Positions 24,883 to 33,763 of a stretch of 64,000 nt of DNA are shown here, piece by piece. The stretch covers positions 17,404 through 81,403 of the forward strand of contig JBBIJC010000002.1 in the NCBI GenBank assembly GCA_037446165.1, read 5' to 3'. The stretch comes from Hydrogenophilales bacterium. Lineage in GTDB: Bacteria > Pseudomonadota > Gammaproteobacteria > Burkholderiales > Thiobacillaceae. Positions within the stretch are counted from its first letter, which is position 1; each line of letters begins with the position of its first letter. Both the position numbers and the translations under genes were made by a program. The notes under the pieces were generated by a model. It saw nothing but the letters and a program-made list of their open reading frames with translations. It made no database searches and had not been told where the DNA came from.

Positions 24883-26403
24883 TCAGCTGCTGCTGGCCAG
24901 GTTCAGGTCCATCTGCCGGGTCGGCGGTGAGGAGACGACCGGCACGGTGCCATCACGCATCCCTTCAAGCCGCGCCAGATATTCCTCGGACACATCCCCG
25001 GTGATGTATTTGCCATTGAAGCAGGACGCATCGAAGTCAGTGAGTTTCGGGTTCACCTCCTGAATGGCCTTGATCAGGTCATCCAGGTCCTGATAGATCA
25101 CCGCATCGGCACCGATCTCACGAGCGATTTCCTCGTCGGTACGGCCATTGGCCAGCAACTCGGCACGGGTCGGCATGTCGATGCCATAGACGTTCGGAAA
25201 CCGGACCGGCGGGCTGGCGGAAGCGAAATACACCGCGCGGGCACCGGAATCACGCGCCATCTGGATGATCTCGCGGCTGGTCGTGCCACGCACAATGGAG
25301 TCATCGACCAGCAGGACATTCTTGCCGCGGAATTCCATCGACATCGCGTTGAGCTTCTGGCGGACCGATTTTTTGCGCACCCCCTGACCGGGCATGATGA
25401 AGGTGCGACCTATGTAGCGGTTCTTGATGAAGCCTTCGCGATAGGAAATGTCCAGCTTTTTGGCCAGCTGCAGTGCAGACGGGCGGCTGGTATCCGGAAT
25501 CGGGACCACCACGTCGATCTTGAGATGGCCGAACTGATTTCGAATCTTGTCGGCCAGAAATTCCCCCATGCGTAGCCGGGTCTCGTAGACCGAGGCGCCA
25601 TCCATCACCGAATCGGGCCGGGCGAAGTAGACATATTCGAAAATACAGGGGGTGAACTGTGTTTTCAGGGTGCAGACGCGGGCATGCACCTCGCCCGCCA
25701 GGGTGACCAGGATGGCCTCACCCGGCGCCACGTCGCCTTGCACCTTGAATCCCATCGCTTCCAGGGCAACGCTTTCCGAGGCAACCATCCAGTCCTGGCC
25801 CTCGGAGGTAACCTGAGTCCCGAATACCAGTGGCCGGATGCCATGCGGATCGCGGAAGGCGAGCAGGCCGAAGCCGGCGATCATGGCCACCACCGCATAG
25901 GCGCCACGGCAGCGGCGATGCACACCGGAGACGGCCTTGAACACGTCATCCACGGTCAGGCGATGGCCCTGCACCGCTTCCTGCAGTTCGTGGGCCAGGA
26001 CATTGAGCAGCACCTCGGAATCCGAGCCGGTATTCACATGGCGCAGATCCTCCATGAACATGTCCTGCTGCAATTCCTCGGTATTGGTCAGATTGCCGTT
26101 ATGGCCGAGCACGATGCCAAAGGGTGAATTGACATAGAAGGGCTGCGCCTCGGCCGGGCTGGCGGCCGAGCCGGCTGTGGGATAGCGGACATGTCCGATG
26201 CCGACGTTGCCGATCAGGTTGCGCATATCCCGGGTGCGGAACACATCGCGCACCATGCCGATGCCCTTGTGCATATGGAACTTGCTGCCGTCCATGGTCA
26301 CGATGCCAGCTGCATCCTGACCGCGATGCTGCAGCAGTTGAAGGCCGTCATAGAGCAACTGATTGACCGGCTGACTGGAAACCACGCCCACGATTCCGCA
26401 CAT
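24883..26403 (-). CDS. purF: Amidophosphoribosyltransferase
   Basis: 506 aa. MCGIVGV N-terminal nucleophile, PRPP loop VLLVDDSIVRGTTS. Confidence 0.95.
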   Translation of the reverse strand: MCGIVGVVSSQPVNQLLYDGLQLLQHRGQDAAGIVTMDGSKFHMHKGIGMVRDVFRTRDMRNLIGNVGIGHVRYPTAGSAASPAEAQPFYVNSPFGIVLGHNGNLTNTEELQQDMFMEDLRHVNTGSDSEVLLNVLAHELQEAVQGHRLTVDDVFKAVSGVHRRCRGAYAVVAMIAGFGLLAFRDPHGIRPLVFGTQVTSEGQDWMVASESVALEAMGFKVQGDVAPGEAILVTLAGEVHARVCTLKTQFTPCIFEYVYFARPDSVMDGASVYETRLRMGEFLADKIRNQFGHLKIDVVVPIPDTSRPSALQLAKKLDISYREGFIKNRYIGRTFIMPGQGVRKKSVRQKLNAMSMEFRGKNVLLVDDSIVRGTTSREIIQMARDSGARAVYFASASPPVRFPNVYGIDMPTRAELLANGRTDEEIAREIGADAVIYQDLDDLIKAIQEVNPKLTDFDASCFNGKYITGDVSEEYLARLEGMRDGTVPVVSSPPTRQMDLNLASSS

Positions 26404-26414
26404 GGCAGTTCGTC

Positions 26415-26903
26415 CTAAGTAAAGCGAATCAACGCTGCCAGATCATGCGGCAGCCAGGGAACAACCTTTTTCGCGGCAATCACCGCCGGAGCACCGATCA
26501 TTGACTCTCGCCAGGCCTCTGAACGAGGCAAGGCGGTAAGTCCGGCCAGCAGGGTCAACAGGACCAGGATGGCACCTGCCCGTGCGACGCCAAAAAACAG
26601 CCCCAGCGTATGGTCGAGACCGCCCAGACCGACCGCATCAAGTGCTTTCGCCAGGACCGAGGCCAGCAATTGGGCCAGGATCAGCACCAGCACGAAGATG
26701 ATGACCATCGCCGCCGCCTGGCGCAGACCGGCCTGACCGACTCCCGGGATATGCATCGCCACCGCCGGCCAAAAGGTCCGGGCGGCGACAAAGGCGAGAG
26801 CCCAGGCCGCAAGCGAAAACGCCTCACGAACAAAACCGCGCAGCATCCCGGTGATCAGCGAACCCAGCAAGACCGCCAACGCGATCCAGTCGATCGGGGT
26901 CAT
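26415..26903 (-). CDS. cvpA: CvpA-family membrane protein
   Basis: 162 aa, four hydrophobic segments. Lies in the canonical dedD-cvpA-purF slot. Confidence 0.85.
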   Translation of the reverse strand: MTPIDWIALAVLLGSLITGMLRGFVREAFSLAAWALAFVAARTFWPAVAMHIPGVGQAGLRQAAAMVIIFVLVLILAQLLASVLAKALDAVGLGGLDHTLGLFFGVARAGAILVLLTLLAGLTALPRSEAWRESMIGAPAVIAAKKVVPWLPHDLAALIRFT

Positions 26904-27643
26904 GGCTCAACCAGCACCGAGGCCAGGCCCTTGGCCTTCAGTCGAGCCTGGTATTCCTGCGCCTTGGACTTGTCTGGCAACGGCCCGACACGTACCTTGT
27001 ACTGGCCAGCAACGATCACCACAGAGGCCTTGAATCCAGCCTCCCTGGCCTTGGCAACTTCAAGTTTGGCGTTTGCCTCGCTGGAGAAGGAGCCCAACTG
27101 CAGCAAATACGCCTGCTCGCCCTGATTGGCCTTGACATCGGGTTTCGCTGAAACAGCTTTTTGCGGTTCCGGCGACTTGGACCTCTCAACTGATTTAGCC
27201 GGCGCGGGCAACTTGGCTTTTTCGATCGGTTTTACCTTGTCCCCTGACACGGATGTAGCCTCGGGTTTCGCTTTCTCTTCGGGCCTGGCCGGTTCAGCCG
27301 GCATCTGCTTTTCGGCGGGCACAACCGTCGGCGCCGGCTCTGACTTGACCACTGTGGCCGCCGGCGCACTCGCTGGGATCGATTCCACAGTCGGCGCCAC
27401 CGAAGTCGTCGGTGTTGCATTCTGGACAGGCTGGGGAGGTGCTGTGGTGGGACCCGCTTCAAACGGGGCACTCTGCGCCGGAATCCGGACATCGACGTTT
27501 GAGCCCATGGGCTTGGGTTCCGGGTCAAAGATCAGGGGCAGAACCACGACCGCGAACAAGGCCAGCGCAATGGCGCCAACCAGCCTGCGCCTGGCCCTGC
27601 GGCGCAAGGCCAGTTCTTCTGGGGAAGGGGATGTCTCAGCCAT
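26900..27643 (-). CDS. dedD: SPOR-domain cell-division protein (DedD-like)
   Basis: 247 aa. N-terminal TM, Pro/Ala/Lys-rich linker, C-terminal SPOR-like YLLQLGSFSSEANAKLEVAKAREAGFKASVV. Confidence 0.8.
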   Translation of the reverse strand: MAETSPSPEELALRRRARRRLVGAIALALFAVVVLPLIFDPEPKPMGSNVDVRIPAQSAPFEAGPTTAPPQPVQNATPTTSVAPTVESIPASAPAATVVKSEPAPTVVPAEKQMPAEPARPEEKAKPEATSVSGDKVKPIEKAKLPAPAKSVERSKSPEPQKAVSAKPDVKANQGEQAYLLQLGSFSSEANAKLEVAKAREAGFKASVVIVAGQYKVRVGPLPDKSKAQEYQARLKAKGLASVLVEP

Positions 27644-28907
27644 CTAATTTGCCCGAAATGAGTGCCATGACTTCGGCAACCGTGTGGAAAGAACCGAAGG
27701 CCACAATTGTATCAGCGGGCTTGGTTTCTTGGCAGGCCGCTTGCCATGCTGCAGCGACATCGTCATGCGCCGATACGGCCAATCCTTTGCCCTGCAGCAC
27801 GGCCGCCAGTTTGGCCGAAGTCCGGCCCCTGGCGCCTGAAAGTCCGGCGACATGCCAATGGTCAAACACCGCCTCGAGGGCATCGACGACTGCTCCGGCA
27901 TCCTTGTCCGCCAGCATGGCCAGCACGGCCAGCCTGCGTCCCAAACGCGGCAGCGAGGCCAGGTTGCTGGCCAGCGCCCGCGCCGCATGGGGATTGTGGG
28001 CCACATCGAGGATACGCAATGGCTCGGTGCCGACGATCTGGAACCGTCCCGGCAACCGGGCCCGGGCCACACCCTGGCGGATGGCGGCCATCGTCACCGG
28101 TAATGGCTGCTTCAGGCTATGCAGGGCAGCAATCGCCGCCGCCGCATTTTCATGCTGATAGTTCCCGACCATCGCCGGCTGAGGCAGGGCAGGGAAGACG
28201 CTGCCCGCCACCCGGCACAGCCAGTCGTTCTGGTGCCGCTCGACCTCGATCTCGCGTCCCAGGCACAGCATCGGGACCGCCAATATCTCGGCCTGTTTGA
28301 TCAGGCTGGCGGGCGGGTTACGATCGGTGCAGACGGCGGCACGACCCCGGCGCAGGATGCCGGCCTTCTCGAAGCCGATGCTCTCGCGGTCCGGACCAAG
28401 GTATTCGATGTGATCCAGATCCACTGGCGTCAGTACGGCGCAATCGGCATCGAACAGGTTTACCGCATCCAGCCGACCGCCCAATCCGACCTCCAGCACC
28501 GCTACCTCGACCTTCTGCTGGCAAAACAGCCACATGGCCGCCAGAGTCGTATGTTCGAAATAGGTCAGCGCAGTATCGCCGCGCGCCTGTTCCACGACTG
28601 CCAGCGCCTGCGCGATGGACTCGTCATCGACTTCCTGGCCAGCGATGCGAATACGTTCATTGAACCTGATGACATGGGGCGAGGCATAAAGGCCGACACG
28701 GTAGCCAGCGCTGGTCAGGATGGCTTCGAGATAGGCGCAGACCGAACCCTTGCCGTTGGTCCCGGCCACGGTGATGATGGGGAACTCGAACGATATCCCG
28801 AGGGCGGACCAGGCCTGCCCTACCCGTTCCAGGCCTAGCTGGATTGCCTTCGGGTGGCGGACCTCCAGCAGGGCCAGCCAGTCCGGCAGGCCCGTTGGCA
28901 AGGCCAT
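27636..28907 (-). CDS. folC: Folylpolyglutamate synthase / dihydrofolate synthase
   Basis: 423 aa. P-loop VAGTNGKGSV, Mur-ligase-like organisation. Confidence 0.92.
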   Translation of the reverse strand: MALPTGLPDWLALLEVRHPKAIQLGLERVGQAWSALGISFEFPIITVAGTNGKGSVCAYLEAILTSAGYRVGLYASPHVIRFNERIRIAGQEVDDESIAQALAVVEQARGDTALTYFEHTTLAAMWLFCQQKVEVAVLEVGLGGRLDAVNLFDADCAVLTPVDLDHIEYLGPDRESIGFEKAGILRRGRAAVCTDRNPPASLIKQAEILAVPMLCLGREIEVERHQNDWLCRVAGSVFPALPQPAMVGNYQHENAAAAIAALHSLKQPLPVTMAAIRQGVARARLPGRFQIVGTEPLRILDVAHNPHAARALASNLASLPRLGRRLAVLAMLADKDAGAVVDALEAVFDHWHVAGLSGARGRTSAKLAAVLQGKGLAVSAHDDVAAAWQAACQETKPADTIVAFGSFHTVAEVMALISGKLDG

Positions 28908-29774
28908 TCAGGCGACGGCCGGGCGACGCATCATCTGGGTCGCGAGATTGGCAATCCGGGCGCGCAAATCGCGCCGGTCGACGATCAGGTCGACCGCGCC
29001 ATGTTGAAGCAGAAACTCGGAACGCTGAAAGCCTACGGGCAGGGTTTCACGCACCGTCTGCTCGATCACCCTGGGCCCGGCGAAGCCGATCAGCGCATTG
29101 GGTTCGGCGATGATCACGTCGCCCAGCATGGCGAAACTGGCCGAGACGCCGCCCATGGTCGGGTCGGTCAGCACCGAAATGAACGGCAAGCGATGGGCGG
29201 ACAGCTGGGTCAGCGCCGCCGAGGTCTTGGCCATCTGCATCAGTGACAGCAGGCCCTCCTGCATGCGCGCCCCGCCGCTGGCGGCAAAACAGATCAGGGG
29301 CCGCTTGCCGGCCAGCGCCGCCTTGACCGCGCGGACAAACCGCTCGCCCACGACCGAACCCATGGACCCACCCATGAAGCGGAATTCGAAAGCGGCCACG
29401 ACCACAGGCTGCCCCAGCACCGTGCCCTGCATCACCACCAGCGCATCGGTCTCCTCCACATCCCGGGTCGCATCTTCCAGACGATCTGCATAGCGCTTGC
29501 TGTCCTTGAACTTCAGGCTGTCCACCGGCACCACGTTGGCGCCGATTTCCTTGCGGCCATCCTCGTCCAGGAAATAGTTCAGGCGCTGGCGGGCGCTGAT
29601 CCGGTTGTGGTGTCCGCACTTCGGACAAACATCCAGATGGGTCTCCAGCTCGGCGCGATATAGCACCTCTTCGCAGGCGGCACACTTGCTCCACAGGCCT
29701 TCAGGGACCACCTTGCGGGCGGCCTCGACGCGGCGCTGAATTTTGGGGGGGATGATTTTCTGGAACCAGCTCAT
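28908..29774 (-). CDS. accD: Acetyl-CoA carboxylase carboxyltransferase beta subunit
   Basis: ATG at 29774 ([13 protein letters not shown]). Zn ribbon CAACEEVLY...CPKCGHH. 288 aa. Confidence 0.93.
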   Translation of the reverse strand: MSWFQKIIPPKIQRRVEAARKVVPEGLWSKCAACEEVLYRAELETHLDVCPKCGHHNRISARQRLNYFLDEDGRKEIGANVVPVDSLKFKDSKRYADRLEDATRDVEETDALVVMQGTVLGQPVVVAAFEFRFMGGSMGSVVGERFVRAVKAALAGKRPLICFAASGGARMQEGLLSLMQMAKTSAALTQLSAHRLPFISVLTDPTMGGVSASFAMLGDVIIAEPNALIGFAGPRVIEQTVRETLPVGFQRSEFLLQHGAVDLIVDRRDLRARIANLATQMMRRPAVA

Positions 29775-29784
29775 GGTCGTTTCC

Positions 29785-30582
29785 TCACTTGTCCAGGGCG
29801 GCGCGGACGCCAGCCACAAAATTTTTCACATTTTCCACCAGCGCCTCGGGCGCGGAGTTCTCAATCTCCTGCACGATGCGCGAACCGATCACCACGGCAT
29901 CAGACAGATTGGCCACGCGCCGCGCCATGTCGGCATCGCGGATACCGAAGCCGACGCCGATGGGCAGCTGAATATACTTGCGCAGTTCGGGCATCTTCTG
30001 TTCGATGGCCGAGAGGTCGAGATTGCCGGCCCCCGTGACGCCCTTGAGCGAGACGTAATAGACGTAGCCACGCGCCAGCCGGGCGACCTGCTCGATGCGC
30101 GCCTCGGTGGTGGTCGGCGCGAGCAGGAAGATAGGTGAGATGTCGTGGCGTTGCAGGTGTTCGAACGCCTCATGGCTTTCCTCGGGCGGAAAATCGACGG
30201 TCAGCACGCCGTCTACGCCAACCTCGGCGCAACGCTGCGCGAACACCTCCCAGCCCATGGCTTCGATCGGGTTGCCATAGCCCATCAGCACCACCGGCGT
30301 GGCCGCATCCTGCTTGCGAAATTCCGCCACCATGGCCAGCACACCCTTCAAGGTCATGCCATTCCTGAGCGCGCGTTCGGAGGCACGCTGGATAGTCGGG
30401 CCGTCCGCCATCGGGTCGGAGAACGGCACGCCCAGCTCGATGACATCGGCACCGGCGGACACCAGCGCCTGCATCAGGGGCAGTGTCCTATCCAGCGCGG
30501 GGTCGCCAGCGGTGATGAAGGGAATCAGTGCCTTGCGCTTGGCCAGCTTGAGGCGGTCGAACGTGGCTTGTATGCGGTTCAT
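29785..30582 (-). CDS. trpA: Tryptophan synthase alpha chain
   Basis: 265 aa from [30 protein letters not shown] overlap with the trpB stop. The 531-aa ORF-track extension was rejected. Confidence 0.93.
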   Translation of the reverse strand: MNRIQATFDRLKLAKRKALIPFITAGDPALDRTLPLMQALVSAGADVIELGVPFSDPMADGPTIQRASERALRNGMTLKGVLAMVAEFRKQDAATPVVLMGYGNPIEAMGWEVFAQRCAEVGVDGVLTVDFPPEESHEAFEHLQRHDISPIFLLAPTTTEARIEQVARLARGYVYYVSLKGVTGAGNLDLSAIEQKMPELRKYIQLPIGVGFGIRDADMARRVANLSDAVVIGSRIVQEIENSAPEALVENVKNFVAGVRAALDK

Positions 30583-31778
30583 AGCGTGATGCCCTTGATC
30601 TGGGCGACGGTGTTCATGTCTTTGTCGCCACGGCCGGACAGGTTGATCAGGAGCACCTTGTCCTTGCTCATGGTCGGCGCGATCTTCATGGCATGGGCCA
30701 GGGCATGGCTCGATTCCAGGGCCGGGATGATGCCTTCGAAGCGGCACAGGGCATCGAACGCCGCCAGCGCCTCCTCGTCGGTGGCGACGACATACTCGGC
30801 GCGGCCCAGGTCCTTGAGCAGGCAGTGTTCGGGGCCGACGCCGGGATAGTCGAGGCCGGCCGAGATGGAATGGGTCTCGATGATCTGGCCGTCCTCGTCC
30901 TGCATCAGGTAAACCTTGTTGCCGTGCAGCACCCCGACCTTGGCCCCGCCGGTCAGCGGCGCCGCATGCCGGCCGCTGGCGATGCCGTGGCCGCCGGCCT
31001 CGACACCGATGATCTGTACGCCGGCTTCCTCGATGTAGGGATGGAATAGACCGATGGCATTGGAGCCGCCGCCGACGCAGGCGATGACGGCATCCGGCTG
31101 GCGCCCGATCATCTCCGGCATCTGTACCTTGGCCTCGTTGCCGATCACGCACTGGAAGTCTCGCACCATCATCGGGTACGGATGCGGCCCGGCTGCGGTG
31201 CCGAAGATGTAGAAGGTGCTCTCGACGTTGGTGACCCAGTCGCGAATGGCCTCGTTGCAGGCGTCCTTGAGGGTGCGCGAGCCGCTTTCTACTGGCACCA
31301 CGGTGGCGCCGAGCAGCTTCATGCGGAACACGTTGGGCGCCTGGCGCTGGATGTCGTCGGCACCCATGTAGACGATGCACTCCATGCCGAAGCGCGCCGC
31401 CACGGTGGCCGTCGCCACGCCGTGCATGCCGGCGCCGGTCTCGGCGATGACCCGCTTCTTGCCCATGCGCTTGGCCAGCAGGGCCTGGCCGATGGCGTTG
31501 TTGATCTTGTGCGCGCCGGTGTGATTCAGATCTTCCCGCTTGAGGTAGATCTGGGCGCCACCGAGGCTCTCGGAGAGGCGCCTGGCGTGATAGATCGGGC
31601 TGGGCCGGCCGACGTAGTGCTTGAGTTCGTAGGCGAACTCGGCCTTGAACTCGGGGTCGTCGCGGAAGCGCTCATATTGCTCGCGCAACTCCTCTACCGC
31701 CGGGATCAGGGTCTCGGCCATGTAGATACCGCCGTAGGGGCCGAAGTGGCCAGCCTTATCGGGATAAAAGTATGTCAA
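30579..31778 (-). CDS. trpB: Tryptophan synthase beta chain
   Basis: [24 protein letters not shown] (PLP Lys). Proposed start is TTG at 31778 ([17 protein letters not shown]), preceded by AAGAGG 9 nt upstream, giving 399 aa. An in-frame ATG alternative lies at 31820. Confidence 0.9.
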   Translation of the reverse strand: MTYFYPDKAGHFGPYGGIYMAETLIPAVEELREQYERFRDDPEFKAEFAYELKHYVGRPSPIYHARRLSESLGGAQIYLKREDLNHTGAHKINNAIGQALLAKRMGKKRVIAETGAGMHGVATATVAARFGMECIVYMGADDIQRQAPNVFRMKLLGATVVPVESGSRTLKDACNEAIRDWVTNVESTFYIFGTAAGPHPYPMMVRDFQCVIGNEAKVQMPEMIGRQPDAVIACVGGGSNAIGLFHPYIEEAGVQIIGVEAGGHGIASGRHAAPLTGGAKVGVLHGNKVYLMQDEDGQIIETHSISAGLDYPGVGPEHCLLKDLGRAEYVVATDEEALAAFDALCRFEGIIPALESSHALAHAMKIAPTMSKDKVLLINLSGRGDKDMNTVAQIKGITL

Positions 31779-32391
31779 CGTTCTCAACCTCTTTGATGAA
31801 TGCCGCGACCTTCGCCGCATCCTTGATGCCTTTTGCGGCCTCGACACCACTCGACACATCCACGGCCCAAGGCTGTACCCGGTGCACGGCCTCGGCCACA
31901 TTACCGGGTTCCAGCCCGCCCGCCAGGATCACCGGCAAGGACAGACCGGCAGGAATCAGCGACCAGTCGAAGCGGTGGCCGGTGCCGCCATGGGCATCCG
32001 GCGTGTAGGCATCGAGCAGGAGGCCCTGCGCACCGACGAAATCAGATGCATATTGTAACAAATCCAGGCCCGGCCTGACCTGCACTGCCTTCAGATAGCG
32101 GCGACCGAACGATTGACAAAAAACCGGCGTTTCCTCGCCGTGAAACTGGAGCAGATCGGGATTTACCGACTCGATGACGTGTTCCACCTCGGCCGCAGTT
32201 GGGTTGACGAACAGGGCGACAGTGCTGACAAAGGGTGGCAGGACGCAGGCGATCCTGCCCGCCTGCTCCAGACTTACCCGGCGCGGACTTTTATCGGCGA
32301 AGACCAGGCCGATGGCGTCCGCGCCATGGCCGGCGGCGTCAATGCCGTCCTGCTCGCGGGTGATGCCGCAAATCTTGATGCGCGTTCTCAT
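31756..32391 (-). CDS. trpF: Phosphoribosylanthranilate isomerase
   Basis: 211 aa from [15 protein letters not shown] overlap with the truA stop. Confidence 0.9.
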   Translation of the reverse strand: MRTRIKICGITREQDGIDAAGHGADAIGLVFADKSPRRVSLEQAGRIACVLPPFVSTVALFVNPTAAEVEHVIESVNPDLLQFHGEETPVFCQSFGRRYLKAVQVRPGLDLLQYASDFVGAQGLLLDAYTPDAHGGTGHRFDWSLIPAGLSLPVILAGGLEPGNVAEAVHRVQPWAVDVSSGVEAAKGIKDAAKVAAFIKEVENVDILLSR

Positions 32392-33173
32392 AGGATGGGC
32401 AGTGCTCTGTTGTCGAAGGCTGGCAAATTCCACTCCGCATCGTACCGCACGTCGACCAGATACAAGCCATCCGGTGCGAAGGTGGCCGCGCCTCGGGTCC
32501 GGTCGCATGAAGCCAGCACCTCGCCGATCCAGGCCGCCGGCCGCCGGCCGAGCCCGACCCAGACCAGGGCGCCCACCATGTTGCGCACCTGATGGTGCAG
32601 GAAGGCATTGCCGCGGAAATCGAATGTGACATAGTGACCGTGCCGCTCGACATGAACCTGCCTCAATTCCCTGACCGGCGATTTCGCCTGGCACTGCGCC
32701 GCCCGGAACGCGGAAAAATCGTGCTTGCCTTGCAGCGCTCCGGCTGCTTCAACCATGGCCGAGACATCGAGCTCGGCGTGCATCCAGCCAACCCGTCCGG
32801 CCATGAGTGCCGGTCGCACAGGGTGATTGAACAGCACATAACGGTAGGCCCGTTCACGCGCCCCAAACCGGGCATGGAACTCATCGCCGGTTTGTTGAGC
32901 CCAGAGGGCGGCAACACCATCCGGCAACAGGCTGTTGACGCCCCGGACCCAGGCCGACTCAGGGCGGGCATGACTGCTGTCGAAATGGACAATCTGGGCC
33001 GTAGCATGCACCCCGGCATCGGTACGCCCGGCCACTATGGTCGCGATGGGCGCACCATGAACCTGCGACAACGCCAATTCCAGATGATCCTGCACGGTGT
33101 TGCCGCCCGGTTGAGTCTGCCAGCCTTGAAAGGCTCGACCGTCATATTCCAGACCGAGGACTATGCGCGCCAT
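32388..33173 (-). CDS. truA: tRNA pseudouridine(38-40) synthase
   Basis: 261 aa. GWQTQ, catalytic GRTDAGVHA. Confidence 0.93.
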   Translation of the reverse strand: MARIVLGLEYDGRAFQGWQTQPGGNTVQDHLELALSQVHGAPIATIVAGRTDAGVHATAQIVHFDSSHARPESAWVRGVNSLLPDGVAALWAQQTGDEFHARFGARERAYRYVLFNHPVRPALMAGRVGWMHAELDVSAMVEAAGALQGKHDFSAFRAAQCQAKSPVRELRQVHVERHGHYVTFDFRGNAFLHHQVRNMVGALVWVGLGRRPAAWIGEVLASCDRTRGAATFAPDGLYLVDVRYDAEWNLPAFDNRALPIL

Positions 33174-33763
33174 GCCCCGACCAGCAGCAGCAGTGAAACA
33201 ATCAAAAGAGCAGTGTCCGAAATCCGCCAGACGGCTGGCCGAATCTCGAAATGCGTGTGACCTGATACCGGTTCATGAAGGCTGGCCAGCGCCTCGCGCA
33301 GGCCGCGCCGCCGGCCCAGGTTGCCCTCCATGGCCTGAAGCGTGAGCCCGAGCCGGACCGTGGTCCGTTCGACCGGAAAGCCCAGCCCCCTGGCCAGCGA
33401 GAACAGCCCGTGCAACCCGCCCATCAGCCGCTCCTCACCCATGGAAATAACCAAACCGTCGAGCAACCACAAGAGCAGCAAGAGGCGAAGCATCTGGATT
33501 GCCCCCAACCGGATGCCTGGCAGAGAAGGCGAGTATTCGGCCAGCAGTGGAATCCCCACCGGACCGGGCAGGCTATAGGCATAGCCAATGCCCAGCAGCA
33601 GGAACAGCCAGCGTGCCCTCCAGACCAGGCGCCGAGCGCCAGCCAGGTGTCGATGGAACACTAACAAGGTCAACGCAGCAAGAATCGCCAGGCCCAAAAA
33701 ACTCAGCCCCGGCATGGCCAGGGCTGCAAAAATGTACAGCGCAATTCTTAACGACGGATGCAA
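33161..33763 (-). CDS. Hypothetical polytopic membrane protein (weak CbiQ/EcfT-like resemblance)
   Basis: 200 aa, Leu/Arg-rich with several hydrophobic segments. The ATG abuts the fimV stop with no gap, and the 3' end overlaps the truA start by 13 nt. Confidence 0.6.
   Translation of the reverse strand: MHPSLRIALYIFAALAMPGLSFLGLAILAALTLLVFHRHLAGARRLVWRARWLFLLLGIGYAYSLPGPVGIPLLAEYSPSLPGIRLGAIQMLRLLLLLWLLDGLVISMGEERLMGGLHGLFSLARGLGFPVERTTVRLGLTLQAMEGNLGRRRGLREALASLHEPVSGHTHFEIRPAVWRISDTALLIVSLLLLVGAWRA

Noticed and set aside
27126-27560. Pro/Ala/Lys/Glu-rich repetitive-looking DNA in the SPOR protein, and similar acidic or Ala-Pro stretches in fimV (about 34000..35300) and lpd/aceF linkers
   Set aside because: These are low-complexity protein linkers inside well-supported CDSs. 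There is no regular repeat-spacer periodicity, so this is not a CRISPR array or a tandem-repeat locus.
29785-31380. 531-aa ORF-track entry extending trpA far upstream. Similar over-extensions occur at 1222..2112 (hisE), 1931..2815 (hisF), 12520..13500 (mlaE), 11353..12081 (mlaC), 31756..32694 (trpF), 28908..29819 (accD), 33764..36499 (fimV) and 19972..21198 (TPR protein).
   Set aside because: The upstream parts are Arg/Gly/Pro-rich, overlap the preceding conserved gene out of frame, and lack homology-like motifs. Internal ATGs give canonical N-termini and ATGA/TGATG-type junctions with the neighbours.
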